Below are positions 36,040-46,944 of a stretch of DNA of 64,000 nt, piece by piece; within the stretch, counting starts at the first letter, position 1; each line of letters opens with the position of its first letter. The stretch covers positions 1,675,676 to 1,739,675 of the forward strand of contig BCGN01000004.1 of assembly GCA_001599295.1 (NCBI GenBank). The letters are read 5' to 3'. A program made the position numbers and the translations under genes. Source of the DNA: Sporopachydermia quercuum (Eukaryota). The notes beneath the pieces are model-generated. The model had not been told where the DNA came from. It was given only the letters and a program-made list of their open reading frames with translations, and ran no database searches.

Positions 36040-37041
36040 CTAACTGCTTATAGTTGTTGTCACAGTAATAGCTGGAGCTGTATATCTAACAGTTTTCGTG
36101 ATTATTGTTGGTGGTGTCCACCAAGTATTCTTCCAAGGGCTTGAGGATGATGAGAGAGAATCAGAAGTTGATTCCGCTTTTGTTGAGTGAAGTTTGGTGG
36201 TCGTGGTGTTGGTATACTTAGTCTTAGTCAGAGAAAATGATTGGTAAGTACTAGTTATCCTTGGAGGTATCATTGTGAAAGTTTTCGTCTCACTGATGAT
36301 ACTCGAGGATTTTGTATGGTTTTGGGTAAGCACTGTAGTATAAATATTAGTCAAAGTACTTATAGTTGCATTATACTCCTTCGTTTGAGTCCCAAACCGC
36401 GTTTTAGTCACAGTCTTGGTATTAGGCTCAGTCACAGTTACTGTTTTAATGGTTGTAACAGTTGGTTCTGCATATGGCGTACAACCACCACCACCTCCAC
36501 CACCTCCTCCAGCATAGTCTGTTACGTCTCTCTTATTCAATCTTTTCTCACCGAAAAAGAAACTAATTCGATACCCAAAGAGTTCTATCTTTTTCGATCT
36601 GCGAGTTTTAACAAATTCATGCACACTTGCTTCTTCGTTATAATGTCTTCTCATATGAATTCTTTCATTATCAACTAATTGATACTCTTTATATTGCCCT
36701 GGTTTTGAAAAAGCACTTTCGCTATTTCCGCCACCAGATCCTCCACCGCCACAATTCTGTGAACCATCACCGATCCCACCTCCAACTCCACCACCGACTG
36801 AACCACTGATACCCCAATCAAAGTCTCCAAAATGTCCGCTCAAAGAAGCACTTCCACCTCCACCAAAACCACCACCAAACCCGTCGCTTAGTATTTTTTG
36901 TATTCGAATACCATAGCTTGACTTTTTTTCATCTGATACATCTGATGAGTCATTATCTAATATTGGAACCGCATTCACTAATTGTAACCAAAACAAAATT
37001 ATCAACAGAGCAGCCTTTTCCCATACTACAATTTCAACCAT
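36040..37041 (-). CDS. Secreted Gly-rich/Thr-rich protein of unknown function
   Basis: Signal peptide (AALLIILFWLQLVNA-VP), poly-Gly tracts, LNKR dibasic site, Thr/Ser-rich C-terminal half. Confidence 0.75.
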   Translation of the reverse strand: MVEIVVWEKAALLIILFWLQLVNAVPILDNDSSDVSDEKKSSYGIRIQKILSDGFGGGFGGGGSASLSGHFGDFDWGISGSVGGGVGGGIGDGSQNCGGGGSGGGNSESAFSKPGQYKEYQLVDNERIHMRRHYNEEASVHEFVKTRRSKKIELFGYRISFFFGEKRLNKRDVTDYAGGGGGGGGGCTPYAEPTVTTIKTVTVTEPNTKTVTKTRFGTQTKEYNATISTLTNIYTTVLTQNHTKSSSIISETKTFTMIPPRITSTYQSFSLTKTKYTNTTTTKLHSTKAESTSDSLSSSSSPWKNTWWTPPTIITKTVRYTAPAITVTTTISS

Positions 37042-37792
37042 GATTAACAGAGTTTAGCAAGCGAGAAAGCAAAGTTTGCTAATGAACCAGTACCTGCTTT
37101 GTCCTTCGCAGTGGATTTTAAAGAAGGTAAAGTAATCTTCTAGGGAGAGTCAAACAAAATAAAGAAGAAAAGATGAACGTCTTTCAAAACAAAATCAGGG
37201 TGACGGTAATGTTATGATTGTCATAGAGNTATGTAATTATCTGATGTCACCTATGTGTCTGTACAGTAATGAATTATTACGCTATTAGTAAGGATGAACA
37301 ATAAATACCGACTCATTACGATACAGTAACACATTATCCCTTGGCTTCTATCTCTTCTGCTCTACTTTAATTGCTCCTTAGCTTTTTAATTCAACTTTTG
37401 TATTTGAACAATAGAATAGTCGATACCAATTGAGTATTGTTTTTCTATACCTTTTAGGAGTAATACTCAGACAAACTTTGAGTTGGCTGCAGGGAACACA
37501 AACTTAACATCAAAAGCAGTAGCCGTTTTGAATTGCCCGGTTTTATCGCTGGACAACAAATTCTTTATTGATTAAATCATCAAATATTCCTTTCTCAGTG
37601 AATACTATGTTGGTCAAACAACTGAATCATCAGTGACAAAGTAACAAGGAAAGAACGATTCTAAATGGATCACAACAAACATGACAAATTTCCTTAAGCA
37701 GTAAGAGAAATAATAAAATCTATTTTAGCCGAAAATTTATCCTTCATTATTCTTTCCTAAAATTCCTTTTGTATCATTTCCTATCATCTCTC

Positions 37793-37832
37793 GAAATAAC
37801 GGCCAAATTAGTAATAATTTGGCTGTTATTTC
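37793..37832. repeat. 18-bp inverted repeat with a 4-nt loop
   Basis: GAAATAACGGCCAAATTA-GTAA-TAATTTGGCTGTTATTTC; 17 of 18 positions complementary. Confidence 0.9.
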
Positions 37833-38902
37833 TTTCGCAAATATAGTGTCCGGTTTCTATCACATGATATATAAGGACACCCTTCAACGGCCAAATTAAT
37901 AATTACCTCATCTCTTCACCATAGCGTCTCCTTTCAGCGTACCGGCTTTTGTGGGGTGATAGACTTAAAGTTGAATAAGAAGGGTACCAATGAAACAATA
38001 TCCATTAATGTTTGAAGGGTCTAAGAAAATCGGATCCTTCATTATTAAGTTATCAAGCGATGAATCAAAAGAAGGAAATCAGTAATTTGAACATTCATTT
38101 CAACTTGCTTCTGGTACCAGTTTACCTCTATATGTCATATCACGTAGATCATAATAATCCAATTGGATTTAATAAACCAACGAAAATTCTCAAGTATTTA
38201 TCATTATTCTCAATTCATGAGTCCCAAAATAGGGTGATGACCCAATCATCTTATCGAATGACATAATCACTTGAGTGCATTCAGTTTCGGTGGAAAAAAC
38301 GTCAAAGGACCTGCTATAGGATTATTCCACGCGAAAAGTGGAAAACAAGAGTTATTTATCATCAATTCTTTTCTTGTTGTTCTATCCCTTCTTTCATAGA
38401 TCTACTTGCTTCTCTCAAATTCTCAAGTATTCCTCGGCTCGGTCTTCCCGGCTTATGGCTGGTAGAGGTGTACTTAATGAACAGAGTATTGCGTCTCAGC
38501 CTAAAGGTATACACAATAGCTATGAGCGACATTTAAGGACTGAGAAAAGGAATAAATGCCTAACAAGAGGCTTAAATAAGTCGTATATAAAATGTATCTA
38601 GTTGTAAGGGATATAGATAAGAGATTAAGTCGATTGACCATATCTTTTGGGCTATCTGTATAACAAAGTCAGATGCCAATCGATCGTCTCTAATTCAGTA
38701 GACCCGTTAAGTTGGACCCTTGATATCTCCAATACAAATATCTGATTTTGCTTACTTCTTTCAAAAAACTATGTTTATTGAAATCGAACGCCAAATCAGC
38801 CTTGTTCCCCATGAAATTCTTAACTCTCAGAAAGCCAAATCCATTAACTTTCTTGCTTATTTCATTCTAAAACAAGCTTATTGATGACATCTTGTCCATG
38901 CA

Positions 38903-38958
38903 GTAAGTATGTAATGTAACCCCTAGCGAGTCTTACTATACTAACCGTCCAATTACAG
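38903..38958 (+). other. Spliceosomal intron with no flanking annotated CDS
   Basis: Overlapping donors GTAAGT (38903) and GTATGT (38907), TACTAAC at 38939-38945, CAG ending at 38958. Confidence 0.7.
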
Positions 38959-39954
38959 GTTTAGGTTTTTTTTTATCACTACTGGCTCACTTTATTGAAT
39001 TTTTTGTTTTACCCACAATAATATGACACACTTTCAAACAATATACTTGACTATGACTTTAAATACCTTGAAATCCTACACATTGTTTAGTCAATACACA
39101 CTATCCAATCAGTCTCATTGCTACCTACTCTTCTCCCTTATCTCATATTATCTCATCTCATCTCAACACACAACAGCACATCTCACCCCAACCCTAACTA
39201 CTACTCATTCCGTACATTCAACCAGACCCTTCTTCAAATTTTCCGTATGCCCTTCACACGCACCGTTGCTTGTCTGTTTATTGTGCAAGGTTCAAGGTAT
39301 TTCTACATCTTTTTTGTTTAAGCCAAATGGAAAGTGATGATAAGTAGAAAGATCTTTGAAGTGTGCAAGACGTAGTGCAAATTTTATATTTTATAGAAAC
39401 AAAGGTCTTGAAGACATCAAAAGAATAGCTAGGGTATTGAATGAAGCATTAAACGTGGCAGAGTAGGAAACGGAGCCATATTATTACAACTAGNCCCAAC
39501 CTGAACATATACATACTCTCAGAGCAAACCACATATTGTTGATGTCTGTCTTTATTATCTGTACTATGTTTTGATTAGGCTATATATAAACTCTCATTCT
39601 ACTATATTGTACGTTTATATTAATCAGCTGAGCTTTCATTAGATTGGCTTATTGATTGGTCGTTTGACTGTTATTTGATTGCTTGCTTGGTATAGAACAG
39701 CAATAGCATTCATCAATCTATCTATTCTATTCCAACATAGCATAGACAACTACAACTAGAGTTACGTTGGAGGCGCATGGGACACGAATAACTAATCACT
39801 AAGAACTATTTAATATAAACAAATAGCATAGTAGCATCAGTTTCCATTTGCATTATACTTACCATCTGCTCATTATCAGCTAGTCAGTTAGCTAGTCTTC
39901 TAATCAACTAATCAGTGCTACAATTAATATCACATCATCATAATAATCACCAAC

Positions 39955-42900
39955 ATGTTAGAAGAATCGCCAAAAGGCTCTCCAAAGGCCAAAGAATGGG
40001 TTTCTCCACCTTTAGAACCGATTTCAAAAGTGAAATCAGAAATTCCAATGTCCACCCATAATTCTGCTTATAACAGTTGGAAAGGACAACCATTGGGCTC
40101 CGTGAATGTTGATTGGATCTTTCGTGCCGATTCTGTTTCGTCGGCAAGACGTAGAAACTCGTCTCTAGCAAGCATTCCGTCCTACAGTTTGGACTCTAAG
40201 GCTAAATCGGACTCTGGTAGTAAATCCAACTCTGACACTAATAAATCATCCGCTGCTAGCTCGGTAAACTCTTCGGCTAATAATTCGTCATCACAGTTAG
40301 GCTCAATACATGAAGATGATATCGGAGAAGATATACACAGTACAGTTCCTCCCTCAATTTCGGCTAATCGGAGATCTAATATATCGGTTGGATCCCCTAT
40401 GGGAGCTCGGCTTACGAGAACCATTTCAACCCCGCAACCAGTTTCAAGTCGAACAATGGAGAAGCTGACCCGGGAGTCCTCAATATCTACAGCCACGCTC
40501 CCATCAACAAAAGCAAAAAAAGGCGGGTTTTTTCATTCTTTGCATGCCAAAATCTCTGGGTCAAGGAATAGTGGAAGTAGTTCCCCTAAAGGATCGTCGT
40601 CATCATCGGCAGAACCTGGAAATAGTGCTGGATCTGGCCTTGGTTTATTCCGAACAAAATCACATGACATAGAGAGTCGTCTCCAGCGAACCTTGTCTAA
40701 TTCTGCGCTTCCTGAGAGTAAACTAGAAACAGGTTTCGGATCTGTACCGAACAAATCCAAGTCGAAGCCGATATCCATTCCAAGCTCGGTTCCGGCAACT
40801 CAAACTTTGTCTTCAAGTAATGCCACCGCCACAATGTCTCCGCCACATTGCGGCTCAGCAGGTACCGAACTTCGGAAAACGACGTCACAAGACTCAGCCG
40901 GATCTTTGGATAGCTCGAACACTTCGGGAGGAATATTTTCCTCTTTTAGAAAGAAAACCCTTAGTTCAAACTCTGTCTCCCATTATAAGGCAGCAAACAC
41001 CCGAATAATCCTTAATCAAAACAAATCCAGAACTGAAATTACCATTCCCGAGCTGAGAGACGTGAAACCACTCCGAAGAGTTCATTTCTCGATATCTACT
41101 TTCGATGATGATCCTCCGCAGTTGATTCCCGCCCGGAAACCTCGGAAGGGTAACGTTGAAATCACCGAAAACGGTCCCGTTATCCATAAGATGGATCCCG
41201 AGGATGAGTTGAAAATGCGGCAAGCGGCTCTTCCGAGAGCTCATTTGATTTCTTCAGTCCAACGAGATGCCCGAGCTAAAGCGGAAGCCCAAGCGGAAAT
41301 GGAAAGAAATTCTCCTCCATCTGCTGCCTCTGAAGACGGCTGTTGTCTTGACAAATCCAGTTCTGAAACAGGACCCAAGAAACCATCGGATAGGCTTCAC
41401 CATCCCGACGGTGAAATTGATAAAGAAGAACGGAAGAAAATGGGTATATCTGTACAAGATGACGACGTAGCTAGGTCTATTTCCGTAGCTGCCTCAGCTG
41501 CAGCTGCCGGAGCACGTGCTCGGTCTATCCCGGGCGAAGGTTCAGTGTCCGGAAGTAATGAGCCGGATGAGATTGAAATAGCGGAAAAGATGGCGGATCT
41601 CAAGATCGATAAGCCGATGATAAGTCGAAATAAGCTGAAATCGGCTACAACTGGAGCCGGAATAGATTCAGTGAAAATTGGAAAAGATAAAGCAACATCG
41701 GGTGAGACCGCTTCCGTTGGTACGTCATCCGTCGACGAAACCGAAAGCAGTACATCTAAACCGGAGAAGTCATCAGAAGTTGAAACTGAAACTGGAACTG
41801 AACTAGAAAGGGACCCCGATTCTTCCCAAAACCAAAATCATGCACAGCACGCAAAATCGTTACCCCCACACGTCATTTACACTCGTGTTTGTCATCTTCG
41901 GGAAATCTTGCCTATCCCAGCTATTCTAAAACAGGTGAAATCATACAAACACGCTCCGCTTTTCTCTTTACGGCTAGTCAACCCGAGACCAACCTTAATC
42001 GAAGTATTAACTTTTGCTGATTTCATTTCTATTGTACCGGTGTCTAACCTTGTTTTAGACAACTGCTCATTGACTTCCGAAATGTTCCGCATAATTTTAG
42101 CCTCATTAGTAAGTGCCTCGGGATTAGAAAAACTCTCCCTCCGAAATATGCTTATTGATTACGAAGGTTGGAAGTGTTTATGCTGGTTCATTACTATGAA
42201 CAAATGGTTATCTCGGCTAGATATTACTCAGTGTCCAACAGATGACGAGATCGCCCGAAGAGAAGCGAAGGAAAAAGCAGCAATTGAGAAAGATAAGGAT
42301 AAAGACGGACCACCTCGGATGAAGTCGGAAATTTCTAGCCGACATGATTGTGATTGGGTATTATTTACCGAAGCATTGGAAGCTCGGAACGGAATGGAAG
42401 AAATTATTCTCGGAGGCTGCAACGTGCCAACATTACAACAGTTTAAGGATTTACTATTCCTCGGATGTCTTCCGAATACCCGAAGGCTCGGTTTGGCTTA
42501 TAATAATTTAACTTTAGAGCAAGTGGAAGTAATATCGGAAATGATCTGTCATAGGAATTCTCTTTGTGAAGGTTTAGATCTAGGATTTAATAATTTACAT
42601 GGTAAATTAAAGCCGTTAATAATTGGCTTATCCCAATTAACGGAAATGCTACTATCTACGAATTACACTGGAAGTGATGCACCCACAGTTTTTAAGGATT
42701 CAGGAAATCAGACCCAAGGATTAGGTTTAAAGTTTCTATCTTTCAATTCCACAATTTTAGAACCGAGTGACGGAATAATTGAATTATTAGTTCAACTATC
42801 AAAGCTGCCACAATTAAAATACCTTGACTTCTCCTGTAATCCGGCATTATTTCCAGAATCCATATCATCTTTTACCTCATTGCTTCCTCTTTTCCCCCAA

Positions 42901-44556
42901 ATGACTAGAATCGATCTTGATTACAACGATTTAAGCTCAACTTCTATTATCGCCATATGCGAAGTGGTTCCCTCTTGTCCGAGATTATGTCATCTATCTC
43001 TGCTAGGTACCAATCAGTTGGATTTTGCTTGCTATGCTGCATTTTTAGCTGCAGTCAAGCGATCTAAAACGTTGGCAACATTGGATTTGGACTATGAGAA
43101 CGTTCCAGCTAAATTCAAGTCTGCTATTGCCTTATTGTCCATGAGGAATGCGGAGCATATCGTTGAAAGAATGACTGAAACTCCTGTGGCTAAGGAAGAT
43201 CCAGATGTTGAATCAGAGGAGTATTTATTGCGTCAAATGGGCTCTTTGATGTCTATGGGCTATAAAAAGCCTAACGAAGAGAACGCTACAAAAGTACGCT
43301 CACTTGCAATCCTCCATAGAGCTCAGAAGGCTCGAACAAGAATACATAACAGTATGGACGCTTTACTGAAGCTCCATATTAAAGGACAGCTATCACGGGA
43401 TGGTAAGGAAGCCTTGATTAGGTTTAGTTTCTTAGATGATACGCTGGAAAAGGCATTGGCGTTGATTCATGATAGACTTCCGTCTAATCTGAAGAGTGAA
43501 GATTCCGGCAGTGATGACTCGGAGCTTTCGAAGCGTTCCGAACATTCGGGAAATAAAGAGGGGCAAAACCCCCAAAGCACCGAAAGCTGCCCTTTGAAAT
43601 CGGTTATTGGTGCTCCGTTTATGAGTAAGACCGACAGTAAAGGCTCAGCCAAGGACTTCCAACAACGAGATATACTTATGGGACAGTCTCTTGGTCGGTT
43701 CCGCAACACTCAAGCGGCAGCGGAAGCTAAAAATTTTGGCAACTCTGGCTCTGAAGCTGGCACCGGCTCGTCAACTGATTCAAGACCGCGATTACATGGA
43801 TCATATGGAGGCATTTCGGACGGAACAGATTCATATTCCGATTTCCATGAATCCCAGCATGTAAACCATCATGAAGTACCAGTTTCATTAACTGGAGATG
43901 AATCATCTGAAGTCCGAGAGTTGGATTACCAATCTTCCGGTCCAGCATTATCTATTCCGAGAACTCCAAGCTCTACATCTCTAAAGGCAAAGAAACAACA
44001 AATAGAAGAAGGAAAAGTGTTGAAAATGGGCCAAATAGTTAAATCAATTGCTAATAATGCAGACAGTGATCAGAAACAGCATTTATCTTCAGTTTTTAAG
44101 AAAACGGAATCATTTGATGGTGAGCAAATAAAGGATTTGCTTCTGCACTCAAAAGGGGTTGCTGGTATTACTAAGAACTTGGATATATTAGATGATATTG
44201 GAATGAATATTGAAACATTGTTTAAAGTCGATAATCGCTCAAATGATAACTCTACAGGTAGCTCCGGAGATTTATCAATGGAATCCTTACACTCAGTCGG
44301 TAAAGGTAGTAATGGTGAAGCTGATAGTGGTAGTTCTGGTGATGGAAGTAATAATGGAGTTGGTGATTACGTGAACAATAATAATACTCGTGATGGATCA
44401 TTATCATCTGCAACGGTAAACGGGACACTAGCAAGTAAAGATACTGCCGATGATGAGTCATTATCGGATTTTGAGAACGATTCAGCTGTTGAAGAAGCGT
44501 ATGATTTGTTACTTAACGATATCGTTAGAGTGAAATCGAAGTTGAATACTGATTAG
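39955..44556 (+). CDS. MHP1: MHP1/GIP3/HER1-family LRR protein, putative Glc7 (PP1) interactor
   Basis: VDWIFR motif, RVxF-type site RRVHFS followed by DDPPQLIPARKPRKGNV, IYTRVCHLREILPIP, RNI-like LRRs (LGLAYNNL, LDLGFNNL, IDLDYNDL). The choice among paralogs is uncertain. Confidence 0.8.
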   Translation: MLEESPKGSPKAKEWVSPPLEPISKVKSEIPMSTHNSAYNSWKGQPLGSVNVDWIFRADSVSSARRRNSSLASIPSYSLDSKAKSDSGSKSNSDTNKSSAASSVNSSANNSSSQLGSIHEDDIGEDIHSTVPPSISANRRSNISVGSPMGARLTRTISTPQPVSSRTMEKLTRESSISTATLPSTKAKKGGFFHSLHAKISGSRNSGSSSPKGSSSSSAEPGNSAGSGLGLFRTKSHDIESRLQRTLSNSALPESKLETGFGSVPNKSKSKPISIPSSVPATQTLSSSNATATMSPPHCGSAGTELRKTTSQDSAGSLDSSNTSGGIFSSFRKKTLSSNSVSHYKAANTRIILNQNKSRTEITIPELRDVKPLRRVHFSISTFDDDPPQLIPARKPRKGNVEITENGPVIHKMDPEDELKMRQAALPRAHLISSVQRDARAKAEAQAEMERNSPPSAASEDGCCLDKSSSETGPKKPSDRLHHPDGEIDKEERKKMGISVQDDDVARSISVAASAAAAGARARSIPGEGSVSGSNEPDEIEIAEKMADLKIDKPMISRNKLKSATTGAGIDSVKIGKDKATSGETASVGTSSVDETESSTSKPEKSSEVETETGTELERDPDSSQNQNHAQHAKSLPPHVIYTRVCHLREILPIPAILKQVKSYKHAPLFSLRLVNPRPTLIEVLTFADFISIVPVSNLVLDNCSLTSEMFRIILASLVSASGLEKLSLRNMLIDYEGWKCLCWFITMNKWLSRLDITQCPTDDEIARREAKEKAAIEKDKDKDGPPRMKSEISSRHDCDWVLFTEALEARNGMEEIILGGCNVPTLQQFKDLLFLGCLPNTRRLGLAYNNLTLEQVEVISEMICHRNSLCEGLDLGFNNLHGKLKPLIIGLSQLTEMLLSTNYTGSDAPTVFKDSGNQTQGLGLKFLSFNSTILEPSDGIIELLVQLSKLPQLKYLDFSCNPALFPESISSFTSLLPLFPQMTRIDLDYNDLSSTSIIAICEVVPSCPRLCHLSLLGTNQLDFACYAAFLAAVKRSKTLATLDLDYENVPAKFKSAIALLSMRNAEHIVERMTETPVAKEDPDVESEEYLLRQMGSLMSMGYKKPNEENATKVRSLAILHRAQKARTRIHNSMDALLKLHIKGQLSRDGKEALIRFSFLDDTLEKALALIHDRLPSNLKSEDSGSDDSELSKRSEHSGNKEGQNPQSTESCPLKSVIGAPFMSKTDSKGSAKDFQQRDILMGQSLGRFRNTQAAAEAKNFGNSGSEAGTGSSTDSRPRLHGSYGGISDGTDSYSDFHESQHVNHHEVPVSLTGDESSEVRELDYQSSGPALSIPRTPSSTSLKAKKQQIEEGKVLKMGQIVKSIANNADSDQKQHLSSVFKKTESFDGEQIKDLLLHSKGVAGITKNLDILDDIGMNIETLFKVDNRSNDNSTGSSGDLSMESLHSVGKGSNGEADSGSSGDGSNNGVGDYVNNNNTRDGSLSSATVNGTLASKDTADDESLSDFENDSAVEEAYDLLLNDIVRVKSKLNTD

Positions 44557-45101
44557 GTGATTAAANAAAGAAACTTACCAGAGTATTTTTGACAATAATA
44601 ATGGTGATGTTGGTAGGGAATCTGCAACAAATAATTGGAGTTGCAATTGGAGTTGTTTCAGACAGAAAGTTTCAATTAACTATTAATATTATTGAAGGTG
44701 TCATGAATCCCAAGTGCCATTGATTAACAACAGGGACTATATATCGAAACGTTCCTTTATTGATTTTGCTGTGCCTTGGATCATATTAAATTTTGTCATT
44801 ATTGTTTATGGTATACTTATTTACCTACGTATTTATTCATTAATTCAACCCTTTATTTATTTACTCCTATATTCATTTATTGATCTAATTATTCACTTAG
44901 TTAATTAATGATGTATAGATTTATCTTATAAGTAAGATAAATAATAATTCATATAATGTTAAACTGCTTTAATGCATTATTGATAGCAACATCAGTTACA
45001 GTAAATTGAATCTCTTATCAAGTTCTACTACTTTATTCACTCCTTTCCTCTTCTTCCCATATGATCAATGCTATTACCTAATAGCATATTCTCATTACCA
45101 G

Positions 45102-45869
45102 CTATAAATCATCATTTGCTAAAAACTGAACAATCAGTGCTCCTATCGTCTCCCCATCATTTCCTTTATTAATTGTATTTTTCTCAGCATTATCAACTTC
45201 CTCGCTACTCACTAATCCTGCTTTCTTCTTCACTTGCAATAAGCTAACAGCGTAGTCACTGCTGAACTCTGGATGTCCTTGGAAACTAAGAACTGCATGT
45301 CGCTTATAGAATCCTTGAGTAGAACATAGTGGTGATACTGCTAAATTTGTAACACCATCAGGAACATTTGCTACATTGTCTTGGTGAAACATGACCACAT
45401 CAAGTGCATTCTTGTCACTTGATATTGCGTGCTTAAATACCTTTTTACCTTCTGGTGTGAGATCCAATGAACAAGTGCCCAATTCCCATCCTTTGGTATT
45501 TCTTCCCACTCTAGCTCCAAGGCATCTTCCTACTATTTGGTGGCCAAAACAAACACCAGCCACTTTAATTGAGTTCTCTATACATTTTCTTGTAAACTCT
45601 ACTAAATTCTCTACCCAAATCTCCGAACTAAAAGCATCACTTCTTGATCCTGTTATCAAGACACCAGCTAAATCAGCGATATCAGCAGGATANTCCATAT
45701 TGGTGATTACATCGTAACGCTCTATTGCGCTCTTTGACAACTCTGATGTCAAAATTCCACCTTTTACAAGCAGTTCTTTTGCTTGGTCTCCAAAATCTCC
45801 ATAGTGATCATAAAGACCTGGAATAGGTGTATCAGCCACGAGAATTGCTACCTGTTTGAGTACAGTCAT
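45102..45869 (-). CDS. Class I glutamine amidotransferase-like protein (YLR126C-type)
   Basis: First ATG at 45869. Motifs LITGSRSDA, GVCFGHQI (nucleophile Cys), GWELG, FQGHPEF (His-Glu). Confidence 0.92.
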   Translation of the reverse strand: MTVLKQVAILVADTPIPGLYDHYGDFGDQAKELLVKGGILTSELSKSAIERYDVITNMXYPADIADLAGVLITGSRSDAFSSEIWVENLVEFTRKCIENSIKVAGVCFGHQIVGRCLGARVGRNTKGWELGTCSLDLTPEGKKVFKHAISSDKNALDVVMFHQDNVANVPDGVTNLAVSPLCSTQGFYKRHAVLSFQGHPEFSSDYAVSLLQVKKKAGLVSSEEVDNAEKNTINKGNDGETIGALIVQFLANDDL

Positions 45870-46944
45870 TGGGTAAATCAGTATTAGCGTGTACAACTTC
45901 AAATGCTTGACTACACTTTTGGAAACTTTGAAAGTCCTGTTNAATGTATTATGAATACAGTGAAACAACAATTATGGNATTCTTTCTTTACTAAGCGTTC
46001 TTGATGTTCATAGGAAGGAAGAGAAGTGATAATCATGTTTATTAGAGTTTTGAGTGTGTTGATTTTGGATGAGATAAGATAGGTTAATTTCCTTATTGGG
46101 AGAGTTTTCCAAAATTTGGACTAATCACTTAGAGATTAAACATAAATAGAGACAGCCAAATTACGGAAATTATCTTCTATAAGGGATTGAGAATGTGTAT
46201 TGACACATCAAGAGCATTCGATAGAAGGATGTAGGTAAATTATAAGTAAATGAGAGAGTTATAAATTTTTTATACAAAGCAATGTTCTTCTCAGAGATTT
46301 TTAAATTTCTGATATTTCTTGGAAAGATGTTTGCTATGTTGTATAGATAACCTGATATTGAAAGAACTCCGGTTTTCCTTCGCTTCTTGCAACACCGGAG
46401 AACATAGTCTCCATCACGAGTCTCTCATGCATTAACCCTGAACTGAGACACATAAAGAACAGATTCAGAATGCATTATTTCTTTGACTTCGATCGACGAG
46501 ATATAGTAATTATAGGTGCCTTATNGCATTGAAAAATGAGGATGGCCTGTTGCTATTTGTATGAATCTAGCATTCTATTGTTGTATATTGTTAGATGAAA
46601 TATTCTACAGTTTGATTAACATTTAATTTCTCATAGAAACGAAGTACCACCAAACTTGCAACCCTATTTAACCACCTATCGTCATTGCCTAGGCCCTCGA
46701 ACACAGCCTTCATAGTGCAATCTCAAAACTGCTATCATTCACTACCCAATATTGACTGAGAGTTGATAGAAATAATCTCATCAGAACACTCGTATATAGA
46801 AGAGTTTCGATCTTTCTTTTGCTGAACAAAGAAAAACAGGTGAAAGCAAATCTTGTGTGAAACGTTTCATGGTTCTCTATATGCACAATACAGTCATAAT
46901 TACAAGAAATAGTATTAATCACAGCGTTTTGACTTGTATTGAAA

